NCBI GenBank assembly: GCA_040901985.1
Contig: JBBDYC010000009.1
Span: 258,303 to 322,302 of the forward strand
Source: Gemmatimonadaceae bacterium
GTDB taxonomy: Bacteria > Gemmatimonadota > Gemmatimonadetes > Gemmatimonadales > Gemmatimonadaceae
DNA length: 64,000 bases
Direction: 5' to 3'
How positions within the stretch are numbered: the first letter of the stretch is position 1; every line of letters starts with the position of its first letter. The notes under the pieces are model-generated. The model made no database searches. It saw only the letters and a program-made list of their open reading frames with translations, and was not told where the DNA came from. Of the stretch, positions 19,723 through 28,556 are shown piece by piece. Made by a program: the position numbers and the translations under genes.

Positions 19723-21339
19723 ATGAACTTCTTCATCTACTGCCGCAAGTCAACCGATTCCGAAGATCGGCAGGTCCTGTCGATTGAATCGCAGCGCAAC
19801 GAGGCACACAAAGTCGCGGGTACTGTGCCAGGCGCCGTTGTGGTGGAGATCCTCGAGGAATCCAAGAGCGCAAAACGGCCTGGGCGCTTGGTGTTCGATG
19901 CGATGCTTGACCGCATTGAGAGCAGAGAGGCGGACGGGATCATCTGCTGGCATCCTGATCGCCTCGCACGCAATGCGGTGGATGGCGGGCGCATCATACA
20001 TATGCTGGATACCGGAGTACTAAAAGACCTCCGATTCTCGACCGGCCAATTCGAGAACAACCCACAGGGCAAGCTCATGCTTTCCATGCTCTTCGGGTTC
20101 TCGAAATACTATGTGGACAGCTTGGCGGAGAACGTCAAGCGCGGGAACCGGGCCAAGGTAGGCAAAGGGTGGAGGCCTACCACGCCACCGTTGGGATATC
20201 TGACGGACCCAGTGACAAAGACGATCGTAGCCGATCCGTCGCGCTTCGACGCGATTCAAGCGCTCTTCCAGATGATGCTAACGGGCACGAGCTCGCCCCG
20301 GCAACTTCTTGACGCCGCCAATAGTAAGTGGGCCCTCAGGACCCGTCCGCGCCCACGCGGAGGAAATGCCCCGCTCCACCTCAGCGCCGTCTATGCGATG
20401 CTAAAGAACCCGTTCTACGCAGGAGTCTTCGCATGGGAAGGGCGAATGCATGCTGGGAAACACCAGCCCATGATCTCGCTCGCGGAGTTCGAAAGAATCC
20501 GGGAGCTGCTGGGTCGACCACACCGCCCGCGTCCGATTCGGCGAACGTTTCCGTATACCGGCATCATCCGGTGCGGAGCATGCGGTCTTGCCGTTACCGC
20601 TGAGGCCAAGATAAACAGACACGGGCATCATTACACGTATTACCACTGCACGCGACGCAAGCGTGGTTCATTCTGTCGTGAGCGGTGCGTTACGGAGCAA
20701 CTGATAGAACACGAGGTGCTGGCGTTGCTCGACAACATCCGCATTTCGAAGGCAAGTGCCGGATGGATTGAAGACCATTTGCCGCAGATGGATGACACCG
20801 ATGGGGCAGCCCGCGACGCACGTCAAGCTTCATTGTCCTCCGCGATTGACACCCTCGACCGCGAGATCAGTACCCTGACCGGCTTGCGCATCCGAGAGAT
20901 TGTAGACGACCAGGAGTTTTTCAGGGAACGCGAGGCGCTTACTGGCCGCCGGCTAGCGCTGGTACAAGAGGTCACGGCGCTCGCGGTGCCCACGGACTGG
21001 ATCGAACCCCTCAGAGTCCTCATTTCGTTCAGCGATAGAGCCGCAGAACTGTTCCGCGATGGCGACGCGACCATTCGACGCCTAATAGTCGAAACCGTAT
21101 GTTCGAACCTCGTCCTGCAGAACAGAAAACTGAGCGTTGAAGCCACGAAACCGTTCCTCAGAACGGGCTCGGCGGCCTCCAGTTCAGAACTGCGGGCAGT
21201 GATGAAGGACGTTCGAACCCTTTTGCACGATCACGACGACGTCTTTACAGACATCATATCAAATATCACACGGATATTCTCTCTAACCAAAAAGGCACCG
21301 CCAAGGGACGAAACCCAGGGCAGTGCCTTTTCCTCGTGA
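19723..21339 (+). CDS. Large serine recombinase (LSR)
   Basis: YCRKSTDSEDRQ (catalytic Ser), DRLARN, recombinase domain, Zn ribbon CGACG..YYHC..C, coiled coil. Confidence 0.95.
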   Translation: MNFFIYCRKSTDSEDRQVLSIESQRNEAHKVAGTVPGAVVVEILEESKSAKRPGRLVFDAMLDRIESREADGIICWHPDRLARNAVDGGRIIHMLDTGVLKDLRFSTGQFENNPQGKLMLSMLFGFSKYYVDSLAENVKRGNRAKVGKGWRPTTPPLGYLTDPVTKTIVADPSRFDAIQALFQMMLTGTSSPRQLLDAANSKWALRTRPRPRGGNAPLHLSAVYAMLKNPFYAGVFAWEGRMHAGKHQPMISLAEFERIRELLGRPHRPRPIRRTFPYTGIIRCGACGLAVTAEAKINRHGHHYTYYHCTRRKRGSFCRERCVTEQLIEHEVLALLDNIRISKASAGWIEDHLPQMDDTDGAARDARQASLSSAIDTLDREISTLTGLRIREIVDDQEFFREREALTGRRLALVQEVTALAVPTDWIEPLRVLISFSDRAAELFRDGDATIRRLIVETVCSNLVLQNRKLSVEATKPFLRTGSAASSSELRAVMKDVRTLLHDHDDVFTDIISNITRIFSLTKKAPPRDETQGSAFSS

Positions 21340-21343
21340 TTCA
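21289..21343 (-). ncRNA. Putative ~55-nt antisense small RNA, copy 1
   Basis: Downstream of a consensus promoter; GGCACUGCC-CU-GGG-UUUCGU-CCC-UU-GGCGGUGCC-UUUUU; ends are estimates. Confidence 0.5.
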
Positions 21344-21349
21344 TTCTCT

Positions 21350-21377
21350 ATTATAGAAATCCTTGAATCTCTGTCAA
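21350..21377 (-). promoter_or_regulatory. Consensus sigma70 promoter facing the LSR 3' end
   Basis: TTGACA-N16-TATAAT on the minus strand. Confidence 0.75.
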
Positions 21378-21430
21378 TCGACTCTCTTACCAATGTCCCC
21401 GAAGTCCCCATGTCTACCCCGAATTACTGT

Positions 21431-21643
21431 CTAGGTCGTGTGGCATGGGTTGCAGCAGTAGTAACAACCATTAGTGTCTGAGAAGTGCGTCCTAGCCACC
21501 TTCATCGCGTCTCCACATGAGCTGAACGATCCAAGGTATATGGCATTACTCGAGTCAGGAAAGTACGAGCATCCAGATACGTGAACTTCGTGATCGTAAG
21601 AACCTGGCTGAGCATTTTTGTTTACGTAGTAGCTTTTATTCAT
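21431..21643 (-). CDS. Small Cys/His-rich putative Zn-binding protein
   Basis: YYVNKNAQ..DHEVH..C..GCYYCCNPCHT. Confidence 0.75.
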   Translation of the reverse strand: MNKSYYVNKNAQPGSYDHEVHVSGCSYFPDSSNAIYLGSFSSCGDAMKVARTHFSDTNGCYYCCNPCHTT

Positions 21644-21665
21644 TTTTTGTTTCGTTAGATGTTAA

Positions 21666-22016
21666 TCACTCACATCCCCACCCATCACGGTCTCGATCAA
21701 GATCGAAGACATCTGGACCAGTAACCCTTACGGTACCTGTGTAGTTCGGTCCGTTTCCAGATCCACCAGCACAATCATAATCGCCAGCATTCACCTTTAA
21801 GCAACCAGAGTAGCTAGAGTGGCAACTTGATCGTTCTGGTGCTGAAGCAGCCTTCTGAATCGGCTGAATATTCTGGGCATTCTGCACAGGTATGGGTACA
21901 TACAAGCTTGTATCAGTACTCTCGGGTTCTGAAGAGCCCATCGCCATTAGCCCCACAAGAGCACCGCTCGCCAGGATGATTTTGGTGGTAGGAGTCATGT
22001 TCTTTACCGCTATCAT
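21666..22016 (-). CDS. Secreted/membrane protein with excalibur-like Ca-binding C-terminus
   Basis: N-terminal hydrophobic segment; DYDCAGGSGNGP..LDRDRDGWGCE. Confidence 0.7.
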   Translation of the reverse strand: MIAVKNMTPTTKIILASGALVGLMAMGSSEPESTDTSLYVPIPVQNAQNIQPIQKAASAPERSSCHSSYSGCLKVNAGDYDCAGGSGNGPNYTGTVRVTGPDVFDLDRDRDGWGCE

Positions 22017-22077
22017 ATACCTATCACTCAGCTAAGCAAACACGATCTGTCCTTGGCTCAATACAAAGGACTAGATA

Positions 22078-22099
22078 TCCCCGAAGTCCCCATGTCTAC
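22078..22099 (+). repeat. Motif R1, stand-alone copy
   Basis: tccccgaagtccccatgtctac, identical to 21396-21417 and 23798-23819. Confidence 0.85.
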
Positions 22100-22122
22100 T
22101 GGCCTGCCTCCCCAGGGCCTAT

Positions 22123-22938
22123 TTATGCGCTCGATTCGAAGACATTAAACTTCTTTGAATACGAATAGATCGAACGAAAACCCGTATCCTTTGTGTGCTG
22201 GTCCAAATGATTTAAGAAGTGCTTATCGAAGAGTTTGGTGAAGGCGTTGTCTACGCCAGTTTGCTCCTGTTCAAGCTTCTTGCGGATCAAATACGTGACA
22301 CAGTCCGCAAACTGCATCGCATCAAAACACTCTGCAGATAAGAATGAGAACCGTACCGTAAGCTGGTTCGTGCCTGGCTTCTTCTCCGCAATCCTAGCAA
22401 TCTGCCTCGTGATTTGATCTTTATACACAGCTTCCAAGTTGTTCAACCTATCCAAAGTAGTGCGCATCCCAATCCTACCAGACCTTACCGTGTGTGCTCG
22501 CCTCCCCTCAAACATCACAGTTAGTGTCGACACATCCTTAAACATCGTGTTAAGTGTGTACCCACTACCCTTCATCTTGTTGGCTAGCGCAAACACACTC
22601 TGCTTCGCGAAGTAGTGTTCGTAAGTCTCGCTAGTTGGAATAAATGAGTCATTCCTCCTGTATAGAAAGGAGTGAAAGTAGACTTTCTCCGTACTGTGAA
22701 ATGCAGCGAGCCAGCGATCCATCAATGCAAGTTGCCGAGAGTCTGTCTCACTTATTTCGCTACCATGTAGCGTCACCCAACATTCCGGGGCTACTTTCCT
22801 AGCTTGCTTGAGCGCATTCAGAAACTCAAACTCTCCCTTATCGGAATCGGTTATCAGATAACCAACTAAAGTATGGTTTCGATCGTTGATGCCAATTTCA
22901 GTTGATTCGTCAACCCAGATCGTGATTGCCTTTTCCAT
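22123..22938 (-). CDS. DUF3800-like (RNase H-fold) protein
   Basis: N-terminal IWVDES, C-terminal MQFADC. Confidence 0.6.
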   Translation of the reverse strand: MEKAITIWVDESTEIGINDRNHTLVGYLITDSDKGEFEFLNALKQARKVAPECWVTLHGSEISETDSRQLALMDRWLAAFHSTEKVYFHSFLYRRNDSFIPTSETYEHYFAKQSVFALANKMKGSGYTLNTMFKDVSTLTVMFEGRRAHTVRSGRIGMRTTLDRLNNLEAVYKDQITRQIARIAEKKPGTNQLTVRFSFLSAECFDAMQFADCVTYLIRKKLEQEQTGVDNAFTKLFDKHFLNHLDQHTKDTGFRSIYSYSKKFNVFESSA

Positions 22939-22947
22939 CTGGCATCA

Positions 22948-23184
22948 CTAACCCTTCGGCGGATGAGGGTCACTCCCGTATGTATTTCTCTCGCGAATAC
23001 GACCATCCCTCGAATGGATAAACAGTTCTGATTCGTTGTTCTTTGCAACCTTGGTTGCGAATCGGATGGCCTGATCCTGACGATCAAACACTTTCGTATC
23101 CTTGTCTGCTCCCGCTTTCTTTACAGCCCAGCCATCCGAACGAGGCAATACATGCTGATTGTTACTATTGCGCACCTTTGTCAT
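22948..23184 (-). CDS. DUF2188-family small protein
   Basis: QHVLPRSDGWAVKKAG..ELFIHSRDGRIRERNTYGSDPHPPKG; start moved to ATG 23184. Confidence 0.85.
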   Translation of the reverse strand: MTKVRNSNNQHVLPRSDGWAVKKAGADKDTKVFDRQDQAIRFATKVAKNNESELFIHSRDGRIRERNTYGSDPHPPKG

Positions 23185-23190
23185 GTCGAC

Positions 23191-23199
23191 ATTATACCA
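23191..23199 (-). promoter_or_regulatory. Extended -10 promoter, probably leaderless transcript
   Basis: TGGTATAAT, 6 nt before ATG 23184. Confidence 0.6.
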
Positions 23200-23256
23200 C
23201 ACTCACTATCTATTCAGGTTGCACACTTATTCAGTACCGCATCCTGTACCTGCCCC

Positions 23257-23281
23257 TCACGCAAATAACACCCTCATCACA
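23257..23281 (+). repeat. Motif R2, copy 1
   Basis: tcacgcaaataacaccctcatcaca, identical at 25831-25855. Confidence 0.85.
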
Positions 23282-23592
23282 CTAGGGTCTCGATCGTTCA
23301 GAATGGAATCGGGCGCCCAATTAGTAGCTAATCAGCAGTAACATGGATTTGAACATGTTTGGTCGTCGAGAGCGTCCTATACCAGAGGACGCCAAAAAGA
23401 CTCTCAATGAAATCCTTGAGTTGGTAGAGAGCGATGTCGAGTTCCTTCGCGAAAGCGTTCGAGCTCTAGGCAGAGAGCTTGTATATCACCTCAAGGGAGA
23501 GGCTTCAGACATATAGGTGGTACGAACAGCGGTATTTCCATATCCAACGTCGAAGATTCGAATTCTCTACCTCACCAATAGCACACTTTGCT

Positions 23593-23820
23593 TGCGGGCA
23601 GTGGTGAAGGACGTTCGAACCCTTTTGCGTGATCACGACGACGTCTTTACAGACATCATATCAAAGATCAAACAGATATTCTCTCTAATCAGAAAGGCAC
23701 CGCCAAGGGACGAAACCCAAGGCAGTGCCGTCTTATCGTGATTCGTTCTCTATGATAGAGATCTACGAATCGCTGTCAATCAGCTCTCTTACCAATGTCC
23801 CCGAAGTCCCCATGTCTACC
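23593..23820. repeat. 228-bp unit, copy 2
   Basis: Offset 2402 bp from copy 1; hairpin 23696-23729, promoter TTGACA-N16-TATCAT 23752-23779 (minus strand), R1 23797-23819. Confidence 0.9.
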
Positions 23821-23832
23821 AAGTAGGTGTTG

Positions 23833-25752
23833 TTAAAGAGGCCGATTGAACTGGGCAGATGGCACGTGCGGTGCCATATCAGCCAAGAACTGACTGGCTT
23901 GCAGATACGCAATACCACGGAACCGGCGTGCCGGAGATATTCGTTGAACGTGAGTACTGGCTGATTCCATCGTCTGCGAGTACGAAAGGGCGAGATATCC
24001 CTGGCGGCCTTCTTCAGGCCTCGCCTTCACGCGTGTAATCCCAACATAGAACAACCTGCGATCCTCTTCGAGTGTCGCAGCCTTCTCAGCATCAGACGCT
24101 TCCTTCGACGGCGACGACGGTAGAAGCCCTTCCACACATCCCGCGATAAAGACGAAAGGGGCGCTCAGACCCTTGCTCTTATGGAGGCTCATAATCCTGA
24201 CTTCATTCACACTAGGCGGAACTTCGGGTCGGTCCATACTCTCCTGCAGCGCCTCGTAAAGTTCTTCCGGAGTCGAGCACTCTTCCTTGTGCTCTGCGAC
24301 TGCTTCAGCAAGTAACTTCGTTTCAGCGCTCGATGGAAGCCACCGATCCAGAAACAGAGTCAGATCTGTGGTCGCGCTGAGAGCCGCGAGCTCCGTTGCA
24401 ATCATCTCAAACTTTCTGACAATCTGGGTGGTGCGTGGAATCGCGAGACCGCCGCCAGCGAGTCGCTCTAAGATCTCCCGCGGCGCCTCGCCAGTCCCTG
24501 ATGCATATGCCATGATGCGCCCGTATTGTTCTGCGTGCCACTTAGCATGGCCGCGACCCAATAACCATCTTAAGGCTACTCGGTCTTGCTTGTTGACCAA
24601 GAGTTTTAGCAGAGAGTAGCGCTCCTGCGCCTCAACAGTATCAAGAGCAGATTCTGCATAGTACGATTTAACGGGAACATTCCTCGTCTGGATTGCATCG
24701 AACAGTGTACGTGCGAGACCTTCGCGCTGGGCAAGCACCATAATCTCACCTGGCGACACGCCACTCGACACAACTCGTTCAATCTTTTCGGCAACTGCTG
24801 CCGCCTCGCTCTCAACCGTACGGTACTGCCGGACCACGACTTCTCCTGGGCCATTCTCTTCGATCTCTTGCATCGCGCGAGCCGGGACTCTCCCCGGATT
24901 CTTCGCAATGAGAGCGTTAGCCATTCGGACGACAGTCGTCGGACACCGGCGACAATCGTCTATGCCAAAATCCACTCCCGAATGGCTGGTGCTCCATTCG
25001 CGAATACCTTGAGGATGAGCGTGCTTGAAACTGTAGATGGATTGGTCGTCGTCACCGATCACGCAAAGTGAACTTGCTTCCCCCAACAAATACAGCGTGT
25101 CCTGCTCCGCTCGATTCAAATCCTGGTACTCATCAACGAGGACGTGAGAAAACTCTCGAAGCTCGTCCGCGCTGGGATTCGACTTCAGAAACTTGTACAA
25201 ATGCGGGATAATCTCCTCGAGGAGCATAGCTCGATGAAAACGCAGCCACGAAATCAGATCATCTTGAAACCTCTGTTCTTCTGCTGTCCGAGTGAATCCT
25301 GGGTCATCCGCCTGAAGTCGGGCCCAGGCTGCTCCATAAGCGCTCATCAGCTTGCGACGAGCGTGGATGGTGCCATGTTGCGACCCGAGGTCGTACATCA
25401 GCGGCGTAAGTTCAAACTTGCTCAATGCTCTTGGATGTCGCCCCAGAGCAGACAAGACATGATTTCTCATTAAAATCGACATCGCAAGACTGTGGACGGT
25501 TCGTCCATGAAGCCCGACAACCCCGAGCTTTGCCAAATCACGGTGAAGGTCATCGGCCGCTACGCGAGTAAAAGTCACGGCCAGGACTTTTGCCGGCGCA
25601 ACTTTCTCAACCTCGAGAAGTCGAGCGACTCGACGGTTCATTGCGAACGATTTCCCGGTGCCCGGGCCAGCCAGCACACGAATTCGATTGCTCGTCGATG
25701 CCGCGACTTCGTATGCGGGAGTTCCCGCGACTAGTTCATCGTTCCATGCCAT
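23833..25752 (-). CDS. UvrD/Rep superfamily 1 helicase
   Basis: AGPGTGKS, VTFT, VDEYQD, GDDDQSIY, SLHKSKGL, EEDRRLFYVGITR. Confidence 0.9.
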   Translation of the reverse strand: MAWNDELVAGTPAYEVAASTSNRIRVLAGPGTGKSFAMNRRVARLLEVEKVAPAKVLAVTFTRVAADDLHRDLAKLGVVGLHGRTVHSLAMSILMRNHVLSALGRHPRALSKFELTPLMYDLGSQHGTIHARRKLMSAYGAAWARLQADDPGFTRTAEEQRFQDDLISWLRFHRAMLLEEIIPHLYKFLKSNPSADELREFSHVLVDEYQDLNRAEQDTLYLLGEASSLCVIGDDDQSIYSFKHAHPQGIREWSTSHSGVDFGIDDCRRCPTTVVRMANALIAKNPGRVPARAMQEIEENGPGEVVVRQYRTVESEAAAVAEKIERVVSSGVSPGEIMVLAQREGLARTLFDAIQTRNVPVKSYYAESALDTVEAQERYSLLKLLVNKQDRVALRWLLGRGHAKWHAEQYGRIMAYASGTGEAPREILERLAGGGLAIPRTTQIVRKFEMIATELAALSATTDLTLFLDRWLPSSAETKLLAEAVAEHKEECSTPEELYEALQESMDRPEVPPSVNEVRIMSLHKSKGLSAPFVFIAGCVEGLLPSSPSKEASDAEKAATLEEDRRLFYVGITRVKARPEEGRQGYLALSYSQTMESASTHVQRISPARRFRGIAYLQASQFLADMAPHVPSAQFNRPL

Positions 25753-25830
25753 GGCCTTACGCTATCGCAATTCCTCGCTTAATGGAACACGCAACGCCCA
25801 CGGCTTCCCCACCCGCTCCCTTAGCGCGCA

Positions 25831-25855
25831 TCACGCAAATAACACCCTCATCACA
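25831..25855 (+). repeat. Motif R2, copy 2 (followed by an R1 variant atccccaacgtccc at 25887-25900)
   Basis: 25/25 identity with 23257-23281. Confidence 0.85.
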
Positions 25856-25913
25856 AGATCGTTGCGCGGTCTGCATAGTTGCCCGCATCCCCAACGTCCC
25901 TGGGCGCGATGCC

Positions 25914-28556
25914 CTACAGACCGTACTTTTTCCTCTTGAGCTCGTAGGACTTGTATCCGCCCTCCAGATGATCGACAACATCGTCCTTGATTGCCTGCTC
26001 ATCGATTGAGCCGGAACGGGCGACCCATCCCTTTCTTCCATCCGCCTCAAAGACAATGAACTGATCTGAATCAGATGAGACCGAGATACTGGAGTTATGA
26101 GTGGTGAACACAAACTGCCGCACATGCTTGCTGATACGCAATCGTGAGCATATGTTTGCCCAGATAGATGGGATATCCAATGCATCTTCCGGCTGATCGA
26201 TGACGACCGGCATGGCTCCGTCACCAAGCGCGATCATGATCAGCGCGTCGGCCTTTTGACCCATGGATAGCTCGGACAATGGATAGTATTGGCCGTCCCG
26301 CTTCTGATACGCAATTTCGATCCGGTCCTCTGGATATCCATCGTACTGCATAGACATTGTCTTCAGCCGCACTCCAGTCTCATTGAGCGCAGTTACAATA
26401 GCTTCCGCTTTCTGTTCAGATATATCGGCGCGCTTCGCCAATGCCTTAGCGTTTCGATCCAGGACCATCCGCACGAATTCTACTGGCGTCACCTGACTGA
26501 CGATTCTGTCGATCTCCTTCTTCTCAGCGTACGATCCAACCGCGAGGTCCTTCAACAGACCCGTGTATGCGCTCCTGTTGTCGCCGGCCTGCACCGCAAT
26601 TCTGAGCTTACCTCCCGCCTTGGTTGTTATCAGTTCGGCTTGCTTGGAACGTTCTGTGAAATAGCGCGTCTTGGTTTCGCCGAGAGTGGCGAGTAGAGTC
26701 TCACGTTCAGCGCGGAACTTGCCGTCCTGTTTTGCGGCCTTCTCGGCCTGGGTGATTCTTGCAACTAGCCCCTTCTTCTCGTCTAGTAATGACCGACGCT
26801 TAGTCTCCAAACCTTCTTCCCTCTTCTTCAGTGTGACCGTTGCAACGTACTCTTTCTCCAACTGTTGATACTTGTTCCTCTTGTCCCACCCACGCAGAGC
26901 AATACGCGCTTGCTCATGTGCCTTCTCTACATCCTTCCGAGTCGCCTTAAGTCCACCTAGAGCGACAGAGTAGCTGGCTCGCAAACTGGTATCGATGGCG
27001 CCAATCGTATCAGCTTGAACCTTGCCAGTGGGTGCGTTTTCCTTGAAAGCTTCAATAGCGTCGTCGATCAATTCCAGCAGAGGATCAAACTCTTCTATCT
27101 TCTCCTCAATCGCCGTGCGCTCAGCTGACAATGCCAAGTACGGTTTTGACGCCTTGCTCTTGTCTGCGATGCCAATCTGCTTGGATAGCTTCTCGAGTGC
27201 CACCTCAGTGTTCTGCAACTGCTTCTTGAGAACCTCGCAGTTAGCCGAATCCTCAATCGCCTGGTGCAGCTTCTGGTCGAGACGCCCAAGATTCTGACGG
27301 ATCTCCGTCACTTGGTTCTGGTATGTGTCGAGATCCTGGAAGTTGTCGAGCAGGCCAAGTTGAGCGTGCTCATCACGCGTTATCTCTAAGATCTCGTTCT
27401 GGCTATAGATTAGAAGGGGCACCAGTGACGAGAGGTCGCCGCTGAACGCCTTCCCCGAGTCGATGTTGACGCAGGACACGGCCGAGGAATAAGGATCACG
27501 TGGGTTCTCGTACTTGCGGCAGATCTTATACCGCGTACCCGAACCGTCGCGATAAATCACAGTCACTTCCCCGTGAATCCGCAATTGCTTCTGCAGCTTC
27601 TGCTTGTGATCAGACATCAGCACTTCGGGGGGCTTGCGGTCAAACACAAATCGCAGGAGTTCAATCGTTAGAGACTTTCCCGTTCCCGTACCGCCGATGA
27701 TGCTGTTCATCCCGTGATGAAAAGGGATGGTCTGCCGATCTAGGAACCCGCCACGTATCTCGAGTTGTTCGATTCGCGGGTGTGCCGATGCGATTTTCTC
27801 TAGTTCGTAGTCTTGGATAATTCGGCTATCTCGATCCTCGAAGCACTCGCGCAACGACTCTAGAGTGAGAGCCCCCATGCGAAAGTAGGTGAAATGGCTG
27901 CCAATCGTCTCTAGGCAATGGCCTGTCTTGCCGACAATAGGGTTGTCCGATGCCTTGTATACAGCGAGCTTGCGAAGATATACCGGGTCCTCGCCGTCCA
28001 GAACATCAATGAGGCGCTTTTTCCCAGTGACCCCGTCGAAGTCCCCAGAGGTCGCCTCGACTGCACTGAGATTCTTGTTCTTGACGAGTGCCGCGCGTGG
28101 ATTGCCCCTGATATCTGAAAGGGCACCATGTGTGGAATTCGCATGTGCTAGGACAGCAAGACCACCAGCCTGATTGATAATGTCAATCACATCTGCCGGA
28201 CTCTTCTGTGTCAGCGCATCGCGACCTGCACCGGAGACATCGAGCTTTCCAAGCACCCTCTGAAGGTCATCTTTGTCGACTCGTGGATCAAAGAGGGCAA
28301 TGACATGAATGGACCCACTCTGCGTTGCTCCACACGACACTTCAACGCCAGGGAAGATGGTAAAGCCCTTCGCCTTTGCCGCAGTCTTCATCTTGTCTAT
28401 GAAGTCAACGGTATTGTGATCCGTCACAGCGATTGCGCTAAGGCCGATCTCCTGACAGCGTGCGACGATATCGCCTGCGCTCACCGTCTTGTCGAGAAAG
28501 TCGTGGGATGCCGGTGTGTGGACGTGGAGATCGAGCTTGTGGAGTTGTAGTGACAT
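25914..28556 (-). CDS. PHP phosphoesterase fused to SMC-like ABC ATPase (Ppl/TrlF-like)
   Basis: DLHVHTPAS, AVTDHN, GVE, LAH, ASD; GGTGTGKS, LSMGQ, IDQPEDALD, TTHN. Confidence 0.85.
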   Translation of the reverse strand: MSLQLHKLDLHVHTPASHDFLDKTVSAGDIVARCQEIGLSAIAVTDHNTVDFIDKMKTAAKAKGFTIFPGVEVSCGATQSGSIHVIALFDPRVDKDDLQRVLGKLDVSGAGRDALTQKSPADVIDIINQAGGLAVLAHANSTHGALSDIRGNPRAALVKNKNLSAVEATSGDFDGVTGKKRLIDVLDGEDPVYLRKLAVYKASDNPIVGKTGHCLETIGSHFTYFRMGALTLESLRECFEDRDSRIIQDYELEKIASAHPRIEQLEIRGGFLDRQTIPFHHGMNSIIGGTGTGKSLTIELLRFVFDRKPPEVLMSDHKQKLQKQLRIHGEVTVIYRDGSGTRYKICRKYENPRDPYSSAVSCVNIDSGKAFSGDLSSLVPLLIYSQNEILEITRDEHAQLGLLDNFQDLDTYQNQVTEIRQNLGRLDQKLHQAIEDSANCEVLKKQLQNTEVALEKLSKQIGIADKSKASKPYLALSAERTAIEEKIEEFDPLLELIDDAIEAFKENAPTGKVQADTIGAIDTSLRASYSVALGGLKATRKDVEKAHEQARIALRGWDKRNKYQQLEKEYVATVTLKKREEGLETKRRSLLDEKKGLVARITQAEKAAKQDGKFRAERETLLATLGETKTRYFTERSKQAELITTKAGGKLRIAVQAGDNRSAYTGLLKDLAVGSYAEKKEIDRIVSQVTPVEFVRMVLDRNAKALAKRADISEQKAEAIVTALNETGVRLKTMSMQYDGYPEDRIEIAYQKRDGQYYPLSELSMGQKADALIMIALGDGAMPVVIDQPEDALDIPSIWANICSRLRISKHVRQFVFTTHNSSISVSSDSDQFIVFEADGRKGWVARSGSIDEQAIKDDVVDHLEGGYKSYELKRKKYGL

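Larger units (their letters stand above)
21191..21418. repeat. 228-bp unit, copy 1 (LSR 3' end, hairpin, promoter, R1)
   Basis: Ungapped match to 23593-23820, about 22 mismatches by hand count. Confidence 0.9.

Noticed and set aside
23343..23592. Short plus-strand ORF (MDLNMFGRRERP..., about 57 aa) and ORF 23517-23741
   Set aside because: The first has no recognisable motif, and the second is mostly the duplicated LSR tail.
23833..25752. Gabija system
   Set aside because: No OLD/TOPRIM GajA partner is adjacent.
21395..25900. CRISPR array from R1/R2 repeats
   Set aside because: Spacing is 0.7-2.6 kb with whole genes between copies, and there are no cas genes.
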